Source: Nymphaea colorata (Eukaryota). From it: 64,000 bases of DNA. Positions 52,427 through 64,000 of the stretch are shown here, in pieces. Where the stretch lies: contig NC_045138.2 in NCBI RefSeq assembly GCF_008831285.2, forward strand, positions 19,220,001 through 19,284,000, written 5' to 3'. Position 1 is the first letter of the stretch; every line of letters begins with the position of its first letter. The notes under the pieces are model-generated. The model did not search any database and was not told where the DNA came from. It was given only the letters and a program-made list of their open reading frames with translations. A program made the translations under genes and the position numbers.

Positions 52427-52953
52427 TGTTGGCGTTGTCCCGCGATTCACACTCAATCTCCTCTCTTTTGGTAATGGCAAAATGAAAAATGAAGAGAGGG
52501 GACCGTAGACTGCAACACACCAACGAGGGAAAGTGCAGAGAGAGGGAGCAGCAGTACTCCGGCAGAGAGAGAAGCAAGCTGCGTCTAGGGCAGCGTGAGA
52601 GAGAGTCAAGGACCGCAGGAGAGAGAATAAAGAGCGAGAGAGGGAGGGAGAGAAAGAAGGAAACTTTCTTCTCCTCTTTTGGCGTTAACTTCTCAACAAC
52701 TCATTTGAGTAAAAAGAAAGCTAACATTTAAAGAAAATAATAAAAAAAATTGATAAACTTAACGAGTAAGTTTAGCAACTCGTAGATCGACGATTCCTCA
52801 GCTTCAACTCTTTCAGCTTCCGCCATTTTCTCCACTCCTTATTAACTGCCCACGATTTAAAACCACACACACTTTCTCTTGTTTTCACTTTTCACTCCTT
52901 CACCCACTCACGCTTTTCCCACGAGCTCCTCCACTTCAGGAGTTAGAGCAACA
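52427..52953 (-). repeat. 5' LTR of the copia element (527 bp)
   Basis: TGTTGGCG...GAGCAACA, followed by TSD AGGTC. Confidence 0.97.
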
Positions 52954-53769
52954 AGGTCGTTTTCCATTTCGCACCCAGTTTGGTAGCTTATCGATTCATC
53001 TCATCAATTCTATCATCCACCACTTAATTTGTTTCTCAATGTTACATGTGAAAACCAAGTTCAGTTTTGACTCACACCATGATCAGTATCGATTATCAAA
53101 ATGGTTGTCTGGTTGATCACAAGATCACGCGGTCTCTGTCTCTCTGGAGCAGTACCAATCGCGATCGATCAACTCATCAGACTTTCATGCCGCATCAACT
53201 TGGTGACATTTCGAAAACACCCACAGCCAAAGTGAACTGAGACTATCAGAATGATACTTGTGAGATTGTTAACTTTCATCTTGGGTATCTTTCGCTCAGG
53301 CTTCTTCATTTAGAACATCATCGTCTCTGGCTTCTCCGTCCAGAAGCTGCCCAAGTCCACCGTTTTGGGGCATATGATATGAATGTTTAGGTATCATTGT
53401 ATGGTAGGCCAGAATTCTGAAGGAACAGAGGTTGAATTTCGCCGAGTCCTGAAAGTTTGTACTAGATAATTTTTGTACTTCACTTGGTTACGCCTAACTT
53501 CATACACATGGCTTCGTTTCATCTCATTTGACAGCATTGCTTCCTACCAACTTAATTACAATCCAATATTTTCTTCCACAATTAGTGGTCTCGGTAGGCT
53601 TAAAAGTTTGATCTGATCAAGTCTTCCTGGAATCAGAGCCGAGCCTTTACTCGGCTACCCTGAGCCGTCCACGTGGATGGCCATTTTTTTTTAATAGTTC
53701 AAGAAACAAAGCGTCCGGAGGAGGAGGAGGGCTCCTCCCTCGGCGGTCTCCCCGCTAGCTGCGGAGCGA

Positions 53770-53975
53770 CAGCCCCGCCGGCGAGAGGAGGCGCCGCCGC
53801 CGGCCCTTCCTTTTCTGAGAAATGGGAAGGGAGTTCAGGGGTGGGCCACCGGCGGCCTCCCCCGATCTCGCCGGAGGGCCGGCGGTGAGGGACCGCCCGC
53901 CGGCGAGATGAGGGCCTCCGCCGGCCCGTCCTTTTGTGAGAAATGGGAAGGGGGTTCAGAGGTGGGCCTCCTTCG
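53770..53975. repeat. GC-rich two-unit repeat homologous to the upstream region of paralogue 4 (45880-45960)
   Basis: CGCCGGCGAGA.GAGG..CCGCCGGCCC.TCCTTTT.TGAGAAATGGGAAGGG.GTTCAG twice, versus GCCGGCAAGAGGAGG..GCCGCCGGCCATTTCTTTTCTGAAAATGAAAAGGGGGTTCAGG. Confidence 0.75.
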
Positions 53976-56212
53976 GCTTTCCTGTCTCCAACCCGTTCGC
54001 CGCTGGGGCGGAATCCGGTGGTGGAGATAGTATTTGTTAGATTACTGAATTATAATACTATATATATATCCTATTGCTAAAAGTGGTTCCCAACAAGAAA
54101 TCTTGCAACAAAGAAAAAATCTAATTTACTCAATGACAAACAATTATAATTGATCAACTTTAACTTTAATAGTTAATTTAAAAAGGCAAAAAAAAAAAAC
54201 TCGCCCTTTGGGGTGAAGGAACATCCTACAAAGAGGCCCTAACCTCATACTCCATGGCTCAATATATCATATATTAGTGTAATGTTTCTTCATCATTGGC
54301 ATAGACCAGTTTGCACTGTAGTGTTGTCATATCATTAAATGGTATTCTCGATGTCAGTATATTTAATTTGGATAGGATGTTTAATTAAAAGATTCAAATT
54401 TGAATATATATAAATATCTAATTTGATTTAGTTTTTAAAAGATATTTTATATCAAATGATTTTACATTTTAAAAATCGGTCAGATTCTCAGTGATTCCGA
54501 CACAGTGATTCGCACCTTGTTTTTCAAATGAACCAAAGGGTTTCCACTTTTCTCTGTTTGAACCATCCCCGGTGGTCATTCGGGCGTAACGAGTGGCTGT
54601 TAAGTCAGGGATTTCACGAGTGGAGCCATAACCGTCCGATCGATAACGATCGATCGGCTTAGATTTTAAAATAGAAAACGGAAAGAGAAGGAGAGGGGGT
54701 CTCCATCTCGTCGCTCATTTCCCCTACTTCACTCTCTCTCCTCCCTCACGCTCTTCACCCCTTTTCCCAATTCTCAGCACTCTCTTCTGATGCACTCTCT
54801 ATTGATGGAGGCCACAGCTGTCAGCAACCATTTCCGACCAAGAAAACGGTGATCGCGACGAATTTACAGGTATGCCTCTTCCCTTCTCTCTCTCTCTCTC
54901 TAGTTTTGCTTGCACCATTTGATGTGTCATGACTGATTCCCTTTATTTTCTTGTTTATTCGAATCTCTCTCTATCTCGTAAATGGTGCTATTGATTCACT
55001 GGCATTGAAAATTTAGTAGTGAGGCCTCCAAATTGAGGTTTATCAGAGTGGTCTCTAGTTAATTAGGCTTGCATATTGGATACAAGGTAGACATCTTCCT
55101 CCTTTTGTGAGCGAGAACAAGAGAATTTGCCTCAGACCATCTCTCTAGGTAGAGAGAGATGGCTTCGGATTACTGTTGTTTTAGATGCTTCACTTCTAGA
55201 AGATGGTCTTGTAAGGATGAGCTCTTTATCTCACCCACACAGAAAAACAATTGAAGGGAAGGTTTTAATGTTGCTTCCGAATGGGTTCGTAGAGAAGCAC
55301 AATAGCTCATTGAGTTTCGCCCTCAAGAAAACGTGGAGTTCTTGAGTTCGTGGGAGTTCTTTAGCTGCTTCCTACCTTATGATAAAGTAAGCCAAGAAAA
55401 CTGTAATAGTCTTCTTCTGAAGGAGTGACGTGCAATTATCAATACAGTTATTAGTTGTTTAGTGCAAGTTGCTTGATTCTACGGTGCTTCGTGTTGCATC
55501 TTTGCTAGAATTTAGCTTTATTTTGTCCTTCAAAATAAGGTGATTGATACGAGTTAGCACCACAAACCGAGCACTTAGGCAAGTCCAATATACACATGGG
55601 AACTGGCAAAATGACTCATTAAATATATGGTGCATGTAAGAACTTAAAAATTAAAAAAAAAAATCTTATGTAAATTAATTTTATAGAAAGTGAAATGCTA
55701 TTTCTAAGGAACAAATCCATCTTTATCAAGAAACATGAATTGATAACCTTAGGTCTGGTTTGATCTGATGAAATTCCTGCCTCAGCGGATTCAACCTAAG
55801 AGGCATGAAGGATAAGTTAAGAAAGTGTAAACTTGAAATCTAACCGATATCCTCGAATTACAAGGTCGCCGCATAGATGGAATAATGAAAAACACGATGC
55901 TTCAGAAGGAATTAGCAGATAGGAACTTTTGCTGTAACGCAAGTTTAGATACCATAGGATAAAAATTTCGTATCTCATATGCAAGGAAATAAATGCGTAG
56001 CTAACATTAAGGACTGAAATTTCACTTTTAATATGAATATCATAATGCCACGAGTGAATACAATCATAATTTTGTACTTCTGAAGTATCTAGTAACACGA
56101 AATAACATCATGTTTACAATGGTTCAGTGGTAAAAAAAACAAAAAGGCAAAAAGCCGATGTAAACATTGTAAAGGTGGGCTTTCTCAGCATCTTGCTTTC
56201 AATTCAACATAA

Positions 56213-56527
56213 TCATAGCCTTGAGACAGTTGAACCTGTCATAGAAGAAATGGGACAAGTTATGGTCTCTGCTATTACTGCTAAATCAGAATATTTACAA
56301 TAGGCAACAAAAATGTGGAACCACTAGTTACCATGATTTGTTTGCCAAGATGAATTCCCTAACTTTATGCGCCAAGATGGTGCTTCATCTGAAGTGATGC
56401 ACCATGGTCACCATTTTAGGACGGATTTGAATAGATGATAGCATCATGCAAAATACACAATCAAATACTCATCTCACATGTAAACTTTACCATTCCCACC
56501 CTTGGCGAGGTAGATATTTCTAAGCCA
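56213..56527 (-). other. Putative last three exons (56527-56491, 56388-56332, 56235-56213) of an unidentified gene
   Basis: Two GT-AG introns of 102 and 96 nt with matching phase 1 give WLRNIYLAKGGNDEAPSWRIKLGNSSWQTNHGSTVSRL*, followed by 3'UTR-like T-rich sequence. Alternative frames cannot be excluded. Confidence 0.45.
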
Positions 56528-59500
56528 CTGGAGAGCAAGCTTGTTTAAGAAATGAATATTGTGTGCATTATCTGATCTGCTTGAATGTAGAATAACACTT
56601 TTGAAGAAAAGAAAAATCTTCTAGATACTTCATTTTGCTCGCAAGTGCTTGATAGGTGATCTGCCTAGCTAGCAAACACGTGAAGGATCATAGAGATGAA
56701 TTCCAAGGCAAACTCTTTCATTTATTGGTATGCGTCCTATATGCATAGGACATTTCTTCGAGATACATGAGCTTGTAGTATCAATATGATTTGTGGAAAT
56801 TCTCTTTGGTGGTAATATGATTGGGACCATTTTAGCTAAAGGACCATGAATTTTTCTTGGTAGGGTCAACCTGGATTGAGGCAAGGAATCCTTGGGCCTT
56901 TCTAGTACACCTCTATCATCTCATAATGAAATTTCTAGCATTTTCAGTTATTAAATAAATGAAATGTTAGTTTCTCAAGGTAGGGATAGTAACTCGATCA
57001 GTGGTTGTCCTCTTGAGACTGGTCAACTGTTTCAGTCCAAATGACCCAAGTGTCTGACCAGACAGATAAAGGGAAAAAATGAAAAATAGAAAATACCTGA
57101 AAACAAAAAAAGCAAACCAACTGCACATTAGAATTGCACCAATACCCTTACATATATACCTATGGTGCACTATACAGTATGTACATACTATTTTGTGTGT
57201 GTGTGTGTGTGGCACTGTGTGCATATTAATGAAATATATATACACATATATAAAGAGGACACATGTGTTTAAATATAAAAATCTAACACAGCAGATCTAG
57301 ACATTGTGCTTAGCTCACAATCTTATAGAGAATGGGTTACATGGAAATATGAAATCCCAATCGAACATTGAGGAGAAAACCCCACCCAGCTTCTTGGTAA
57401 AGGTATCTCCAGGTTTTTTCTTCCACATGTAGGCCATTCCATATCTTTTTATCAGTTCTGTCATTGCAATTTTTATGCCTTTGACCTCATCATGGTTGAT
57501 ATATGCGGAAGGAAATGGTTTTTTTTTTTTTTTTTTTTCATTTATTTGATGCTTATCTCAAACTGATTGAGGACAGATTTTGATGGATATGATCCGTCCA
57601 TTTTCAGTCAGGTTCACATCTCGAAAAGGTTCACAAACCAAGGCACAAGGTAGTATAAAATTCAGGTATATGTCATTCAACTTTCCTAAAGTTATAGATT
57701 CATGATTAATCTCAAACCACGTCGATACTCAACACTTAATATGTCATCACTAGCTCCCTTGAGGAACAGGAGTCCGGCTTGTTATGACTCACAAGTTGTC
57801 ATTTCTTGCCCTTATACTATATTAAGGTCATAGTAACAAATAACGTTTCAGAGTTTTAAACGACGAGGTTTTTCTCGGGTATATATGGCGAGATTCAAAA
57901 AACCAGGAAAAATATGGTAAATTTTTAAGAACTTAAAAAACTAAAACTGGGAGAAAAATAAAATAAGTGAAAGATTACTAAAACAAAAATGAAAAAATAA
58001 GTCGACTTGCAGCAAATAAAAAATAGAAAGTAAATAAATTGTTTGGCATTAAGGAACATGAAAAAAATGAACAAGCGAAAAAAAACCTTTTTGTTTTTTG
58101 TGACACTGATTAAGGTGAAGTAAGTGAATGCAGTAGCTAATATATTGCTTAGTATAAGTTGTTATTGGTTCTTGTGTTATACAAGAAACTAAACCAGGAT
58201 ATCTGTCTTAGGCAAGCAAGTGTTTTGGTATATTTAGATAAAGTAAATGAATGTGTTAGATTGCACATCCCAGCTTGTAACTTCCTGGAGTCCTCGAGGA
58301 AGTAAAACCAAAACCAATGTTGTGAAAGGTGTATCGTCGGGCCGACCTATACACACATTGTAAGCAAATCGCAAATATATTTTATATTTAATTTTTAATT
58401 CATAAAAATGAGAAAAATAGACAAAATTAAGAAAAATGTGTTCTATATAAAAAACTCATTACATACATAATGGACATTCATGATTTATCTTTCATAAGTA
58501 ATGGCACATTAACAAAAAAAAAGTTTAACTGAACTTTAGGGTATTTTACGTCACATCAAAACGTATAACCCATGTTCGTTCACTGCAAATGAGAATTGAA
58601 ATAATGTTTATGAATAAATAACAATCATGATTATTATCAATCGATACAATAATCATTATCTTCTTCATCTTCATCCTCGTCCCTTCAAGCTTGTGATTTC
58701 TTCCTTAAGACAATGATTTCTTTATGAGGGACATCGGACCTCTTTTTGAAAAACAGAACCTTAACATAAGATATGGCCTGTATGGCCGGATACACGGGGA
58801 CGATGCACTTGCATTTTTGTGTATCGTGCTTGTATCATATAGGTTTTTCGGACGTATAGGATACAGATTGTAAGATATGGTTGCATGTCATAAGATACAA
58901 ATAACACCGAGTAAAGCTGTATCTGTCCTTTGACATGGACTTTTTCTTTTCTTCTTTGGGTCACGGCATTATACTAGTAAGTTGGCGAAAAAAATAATTG
59001 AGCATTACATGTGGTAGTCATTGGCAAATAAGATTTAAAAGGTCCAAGGCAGTCAACGAAAATCTTGGGTCTAGATTCTTCATCCTTATTACTAGATTAC
59101 ATCAACCTCGGTCCCATGATGCGAAGGGGCAGATCCGCATTCTTTCAGCCATATGAAGAGGCCAAGAGGCTTAAAGGCCAGGTCTATGATCGTGGGAAGT
59201 TATTGGGCACAATAACAATGGGTGAATGCTCAATGTTTCGAGGCCAAAAAGGTCACTACTAGTCTACTAGGACTGCTGCGGAGAGACTATGGACCGCATC
59301 CATGGCAGGTGTATCCTGAGTATGGAGTGACTAACGTAAAGTCCCAAATTCCAGCACAATTCGCAATTTATGTTGGGTGAACGCATAGCGGAAGCATGGG
59401 GTACTATGGATGTCAACAAGGACCACAAGATGTCCCTTGTTGAGGAATTTGAAGATAAAACAGAAAGCCGATTATGGCAAGCCCAAGACCGTGGACGTAG

Positions 59501-62500
59501 AGGTGGTAAACTCGTAGTAGGTGACTATGGAGGGAGCCAAGGACTGCCTATACAGCAAAGGTCCTTGTTGAGATCCCTGCCAATAGACAATGGACCTACT
59601 CTAAACCAAGAGTGTCCTTGTTGAGATCCCTGCCAATAGACAATGGACCTACTCTAAACCAAGAGTGCATGGTGGGTGCGTCAGATGACCGGTTGTGTGG
59701 CATAGATCGGAATGGGTTGAAACCATGGACCCTTGGAAAGAGCCAAGAAAGAGCTTGGGGACAAGCTCATTTTGAGGAGGGTGGATCTGTTACAGGCCAA
59801 CCTTCGAGACTGCCGAGAGACGTCGAGATGCATGGCCTAGCGCATTGCGAGGCTAAGGCATTGCAAGGCTTTAGTGCTCAGTTGGTCGGGAGAGTAGCAT
59901 ATAGCAGCCGAACGTCTAGGGAGGCTAAGGAGGGAGATGACCAGCTGCATGTCACAGTAGGACGCTTGGGGGATTGTGAGGTTATCACACAAACTATCAA
60001 CATCCTAGGCGCAATTGAAACCCGAGGACATGCATGATGTGAGTTTATTTCGAGCGAGGCAGCCACACCCATTGTGGGCCAGACCGTCAAGGTATTTTGT
60101 TGTGAAGCTAACGGTTTTCTTAGCCCATGTGTAGTAGGCGTTCAGGAGCCAAGGGAGGCTAACCGCGGCAAGCACCAAGAATCCGAGGGAGATGCGGGCG
60201 ACGACGTCCACGTGAATAGTGAGGTTAAATCCTTCACTATAGCCACAACCACCAAAGAGACGAATGCTACAGTGCTCGGGCGAAGTGAGGCTACCTTCCT
60301 CACCCAACTCTAGCCACTCGTACTCGAGCGGAGTCTAGAGGGCCCATCACACCAGGCCTAGCATGAGGAAGTGTTCAGTCGTCCAGAACGGAGACAGACT
60401 GTCCTCAGACCGGAATGCTTTGGACAGGACAGTACTGACCATTCAGGAACAGGAGGACTAGGACAGACTGCACCAGGACGGACAGTCAGCCCAGGAACAG
60501 ACTGTTCCAGGTCAGAGAGACAGCACCGGGATGAACTGAACAATACAGGGACAGGAGGGCCAGGCTGCACCTGGACAGACAATCAGCGTAGGAACAGACT
60601 GTTTCGGGACAGAGGGACATTACACTGGCAGACTCGACAGCACAATGACATGCAGGAGGAGTTGAGGCGAGGACACCAAGACAGTCCCGTTTGAAGGCCA
60701 CCTAGACCGAGTTTAGGTGAAGTGGGTTTCGCCCAACTAGAGCATCACAGCAGGGAGTTATCACAGGCGTGAGTTCGGAGTGAACTCAGTAGAGGTTTAC
60801 CGACTCGGTTTGATATTTTGTACAGCTTATTTCAATACTGGTTCTTTTATTTCTGTAGCGTCTCGGTACGAGACAGGGCACGTCCCGGTCGCGCCTAAGC
60901 TATATAAGCTTAGGGATGAGTGTAATAACTTAAGTTTTTATCAACGTAGTCTTCTTGGAAGGAGTGTTGGTTTGAAAGTCTGAAGCTTCTTCTCCCGCGA
61001 AGAGTTTCAGCCATGGTGTTCCTGTAGCACCATGACCAAAAACCTCAACAGAGGTCTGCTTCCGGCGACCTGCGGCTAGGTGCATTGATCGGTAAGTGTG
61101 GATGGCGATCGAGCAGTGATTCCATTCCCTATTTTCATTCGAGAGAGATTGAACTACCGTTCGGGTTCTTCAACCATAGAGGAACCGAGAGGCGATGTTC
61201 GATCATAGGGAGGCAGAAAGGGATCATCGACCATTTCTGAAGCCTCAACGGTGGCTCTCTTCCGGCTAGGCGCTCAGCCTCAACGGCAGATCACCAATGG
61301 ATAGGTTACCTTGACTGAAACCAGCCAAGAAGAAGGTGTCGATTGACATTTTTGTCATTCACATCCGAGAGTCTCCAGTCTTGAAGGTAAATATCGATAC
61401 TCCAGCGATTCTACCTTTGGGGATTCTTGTTCCGATCAATGTCTTCAACGGGAGGAGTTCCTGTGCGCATCCCAGCTAGTTCTGGCCTAAAGCACCGGCT
61501 ATTCCAACCGGTATTTCATTGATTGAAGGACTGATCAAACGTGAAGAGCGTCTCGATCAGCACATTCAGTTCTCCTTCGGGCGAACGGTCTAACACTGAT
61601 TCCAGACAATCCCACGCGAGTTCAGCCAAGGAGACTTCGTCCATTCAGTTTTCCGGATTATTATCTACCTTCTGGGCGAGTTTCGTGGCAATTGGAGGAG
61701 GAATCGAAGGAAAAAAGAACGGGAGAACCAGCGCTGCTGTCTTCCCCTGTTCTGCCTCCCAGACACCTCTGATCAGGCGGAAATCTGTAGATATTGGGAG
61801 GGTCTGTGCACAAACGGACTTCATGGTCATCTCCCAAACTTCTCAACGGAGATTCTGAGCCAAGAATGAGCGAAATCCGTGAAGGCTTGAGAGAGTTATG
61901 GCTTTTGGACGGAATCCGGCAATAGCTGGCAGAGCTGAAGAACAACTCGCCATTGGTTTGGCGGATCCTTGATTTCTGGCCTCTGAAGCGATTTCCATTC
62001 GAACCGGTGTGTTAATCTTGCTCCTTCTATTCTTAATTAGGGCTCTGAACTGTTAATTTGCATTGTTGAGCTCGATTTGGGGTAAATCCCCAATTTCTGT
62101 GAAGAATCGACTAGAGGAGCTGCGGTCTACTCTATTCAACACCTGTTCTGAAGTGCGACAACCTGGAGGATTGAATCTCAACGAGTGACCAGTAGAGAGC
62201 TCGAATTGAGGTAAAACTTGGGGCGTCTACTCCCTGGGATGTCCCCAACCTTCAGACAAAATTTCAGCTTAATCGGAGTAGAGGTCGAATTTCTGTGATT
62301 TTTTGAAGTGCGACAGGTTCTGTGATCAGCAGTCTGCTACCCTGTCTTCTGCATTTGCTCAGAACAGAACCGAACTGTGTAACAGTTCGGCACCTTCATC
62401 GATCAACGAGTGACACTTAGGGTGCTCAGATTGCTGCCATTTTTGGAGCGTTTGTTCCTAATCATAAGAGGAAGCTACAGTCCAAATTTCAGCTCATTCT

Positions 62501-64000
62501 GAGCTGTGGGTGATTTTATATAGATTTTGAAGTTCGAGGCACCCGGTGAGTCATCTGAACCTGCTTGAAAGCTGCAAGATTTTCGCCTGGATGCCCAACG
62601 AGTGGGCTATGGAGGATTCGGTTGGAGTCCATCTTCTGGGCATCCCTTCATAACCATTTGGAGGAGCTGCTCACCAATTTTCAAATCAATCGGAGGCCCG
62701 GATGATTTTATACGAATTTTAGAGTTCCGCCCCCTCCTGTGAACAGAGACAGGTGCCTCCTGCTCTTGCTTGGTCTAGTCGGACTTGTCCTGGCTTAATT
62801 ATTTGGGCATCGATGTTTCAGGACTTCGATTAGCCCCCTCCAATTGATTCTGGGAGTGTTAGAGTCGGCCTTCGGCACCGTTTTTTGGCCGCAGCTGGGA
62901 CCGGCCCTAGATGGTGGTAACTGTTAGCTTTTCTAGGTGCAAGTCTATTCTCAACTTCTTCCTACCTATGTGTACAGGAGTCACCAAACAGGCCACTGCA
63001 CCTAAGTTAACTTGGTTATGGCATGGTCTCTAGTTCAATTTTATAGTTGTCTTTTAGATATATATATATATATATATATAAGATTATTTTGTTTACATGA
63101 CCCTTGCTGAACCGACGTCCAAGTTCTTTTGTGATAGCCATGCTTGCACCAAACCTGCATTACGCCCATGCTTATTATTTGCCTTCTTAATGAACGAGGG
63201 TGGTTGCATGTGGAAACCCTAAGTTCATGAGTTGAAGGTGACTTTGTTATCAATGTTAACGACCGACAGACACTATCTCAAATGTAAGATCAGACTTCTG
63301 ATTTGACTGATCCTTACCTGCTCACATCCTATTTTAGTCTGACAAGGCAGACTATAAACCAGGTGACTGGGGTGGTAAGATTTACCTATATATGCTCCTG
63401 AAGAGTGAATGCAGCACATCTTTTGTTGCCTTCATATATGAGATGTTAGACATTCCATCTCGCTATCTGTACAATATACGGAGATATGTTGTATGAGGCT
63501 GGTCATCCATGTTCAAACGGATTTTGCTATTCTGTACCAGTTGTCTAGTAGTTTAAAGATATATTGAGGATGAAGTTGAATGTTTAATTGTAATATGTTA
63601 CTATACCATGTTTTAAGTGTGTACTTTCTTCTGAATGTCTTCGGTGCATGGGTACTTGGTACTTACTGTTTACACAAAAACCTGAACATCATCTCTTGCT
63701 GTTGTTAGAAACAGCAGCTTCGGTGTGCTGTATGGGAAACTGAAACACTTTAAACTGACACTTACGCTTTAGCCACCTACGCTCAAAAGATCAACCCGCA
63801 TGCCCAGACCTTCTATTATCTTAAAGGAGTATTGTTGTGGATTGGCCACTCAAGATGGACCCAACCTTTCATCTACTGGAAAGAAGTCCTCGTCGAGGTA
63901 TCCTCTTTCACAAGTCGTCCCTTTTTCTGCTTCTCATCAGCTCACACAGCATACTTGTTAAACATTTCACATCTTCTAGTAGTCAAGCTGAGTTTGATCC
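56391..64000. repeat. Right arm of inverted segmental duplication (runs off the window end)
   Basis: Reverse complement of 3742-12074, lacking 8197-9458, plus several segments absent from the left arm. Confidence 0.97.
59017..62921 (+). mobile_element. Right copy of the truncated LTR retroelement (putative LTR 60759-62921)
   Basis: Reverse complement of 4541-8196; PPT-like GCAGGGAGT then TATCAC, TATA at 60901, end GGTGGTAAC. Confidence 0.5.

Larger units (their letters stand above)
47595..52953 (-). mobile_element. Full-length Ty1/copia LTR retrotransposon (5359 bp), disabled
   Basis: TG..CA LTRs at 47595-48118 and 52427-52953; 5-bp TSD AGGTC (47590-47594, 52954-52958); PBS, PPT; gag-PR-IN-RT-RH domain order. 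Confidence 0.98.

Noticed and set aside
52404..52577. N-terminal extension of the 846-aa ORF
   Set aside because: Runs through the LTR and PBS from a non-ATG start; the real start is more likely 52403 or 52376.
48224..52731. Numerous plus-strand ORFs up to 220 aa
   Set aside because: Antisense shadows of GC-rich copia gag-pol and LTR sequence.
47595..52953. Horizontal transfer of the GC-rich copia element
   Set aside because: GC contrast with the host is common for plant retroelements and cannot be assessed without a phylogeny.

Overview
Angiosperm nuclear DNA (AT-rich, spliceosomal introns, TE-dense, one plastid insert); the species cannot be established from the sequence. (1) A large inverted segmental duplication (3742-12074 vs 56391 to beyond 64000) brackets a ~44 kb core. 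Each arm carries a copia remnant, a truncated LTR retroelement, hAT derivatives and exon-like pieces of an unidentified gene, whose 3' end (possible SRL stop) survives only next to the right arm. (2) A multiply frameshifted, 3'-truncated XS-domain (SGS3/IDN2-type) pseudogene lies on the minus strand (22310-14409), with a 392-bp tandem duplication in exon 1. (3) A cluster of four diverged paralogues encodes small, about 3-TM proteins with a Cys-rich tail (25993, 28657, 36747 on +; 45777 on -). All four have an AG exactly 5 nt before the ATG, and one has an Ala/Thr microsatellite expansion plus a premature stop. This unnamed family is the best candidate for an undescribed system. (4) A full-length but disabled Ty1/copia element (47595-52953; AGGTC TSD, PBS, PPT). 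(5) A plastid atpB fragment, MITEs, LINE fragments, a CCGAC-containing ABAB tandem array and many short tandem duplications. All calls are by eye, without database searches.
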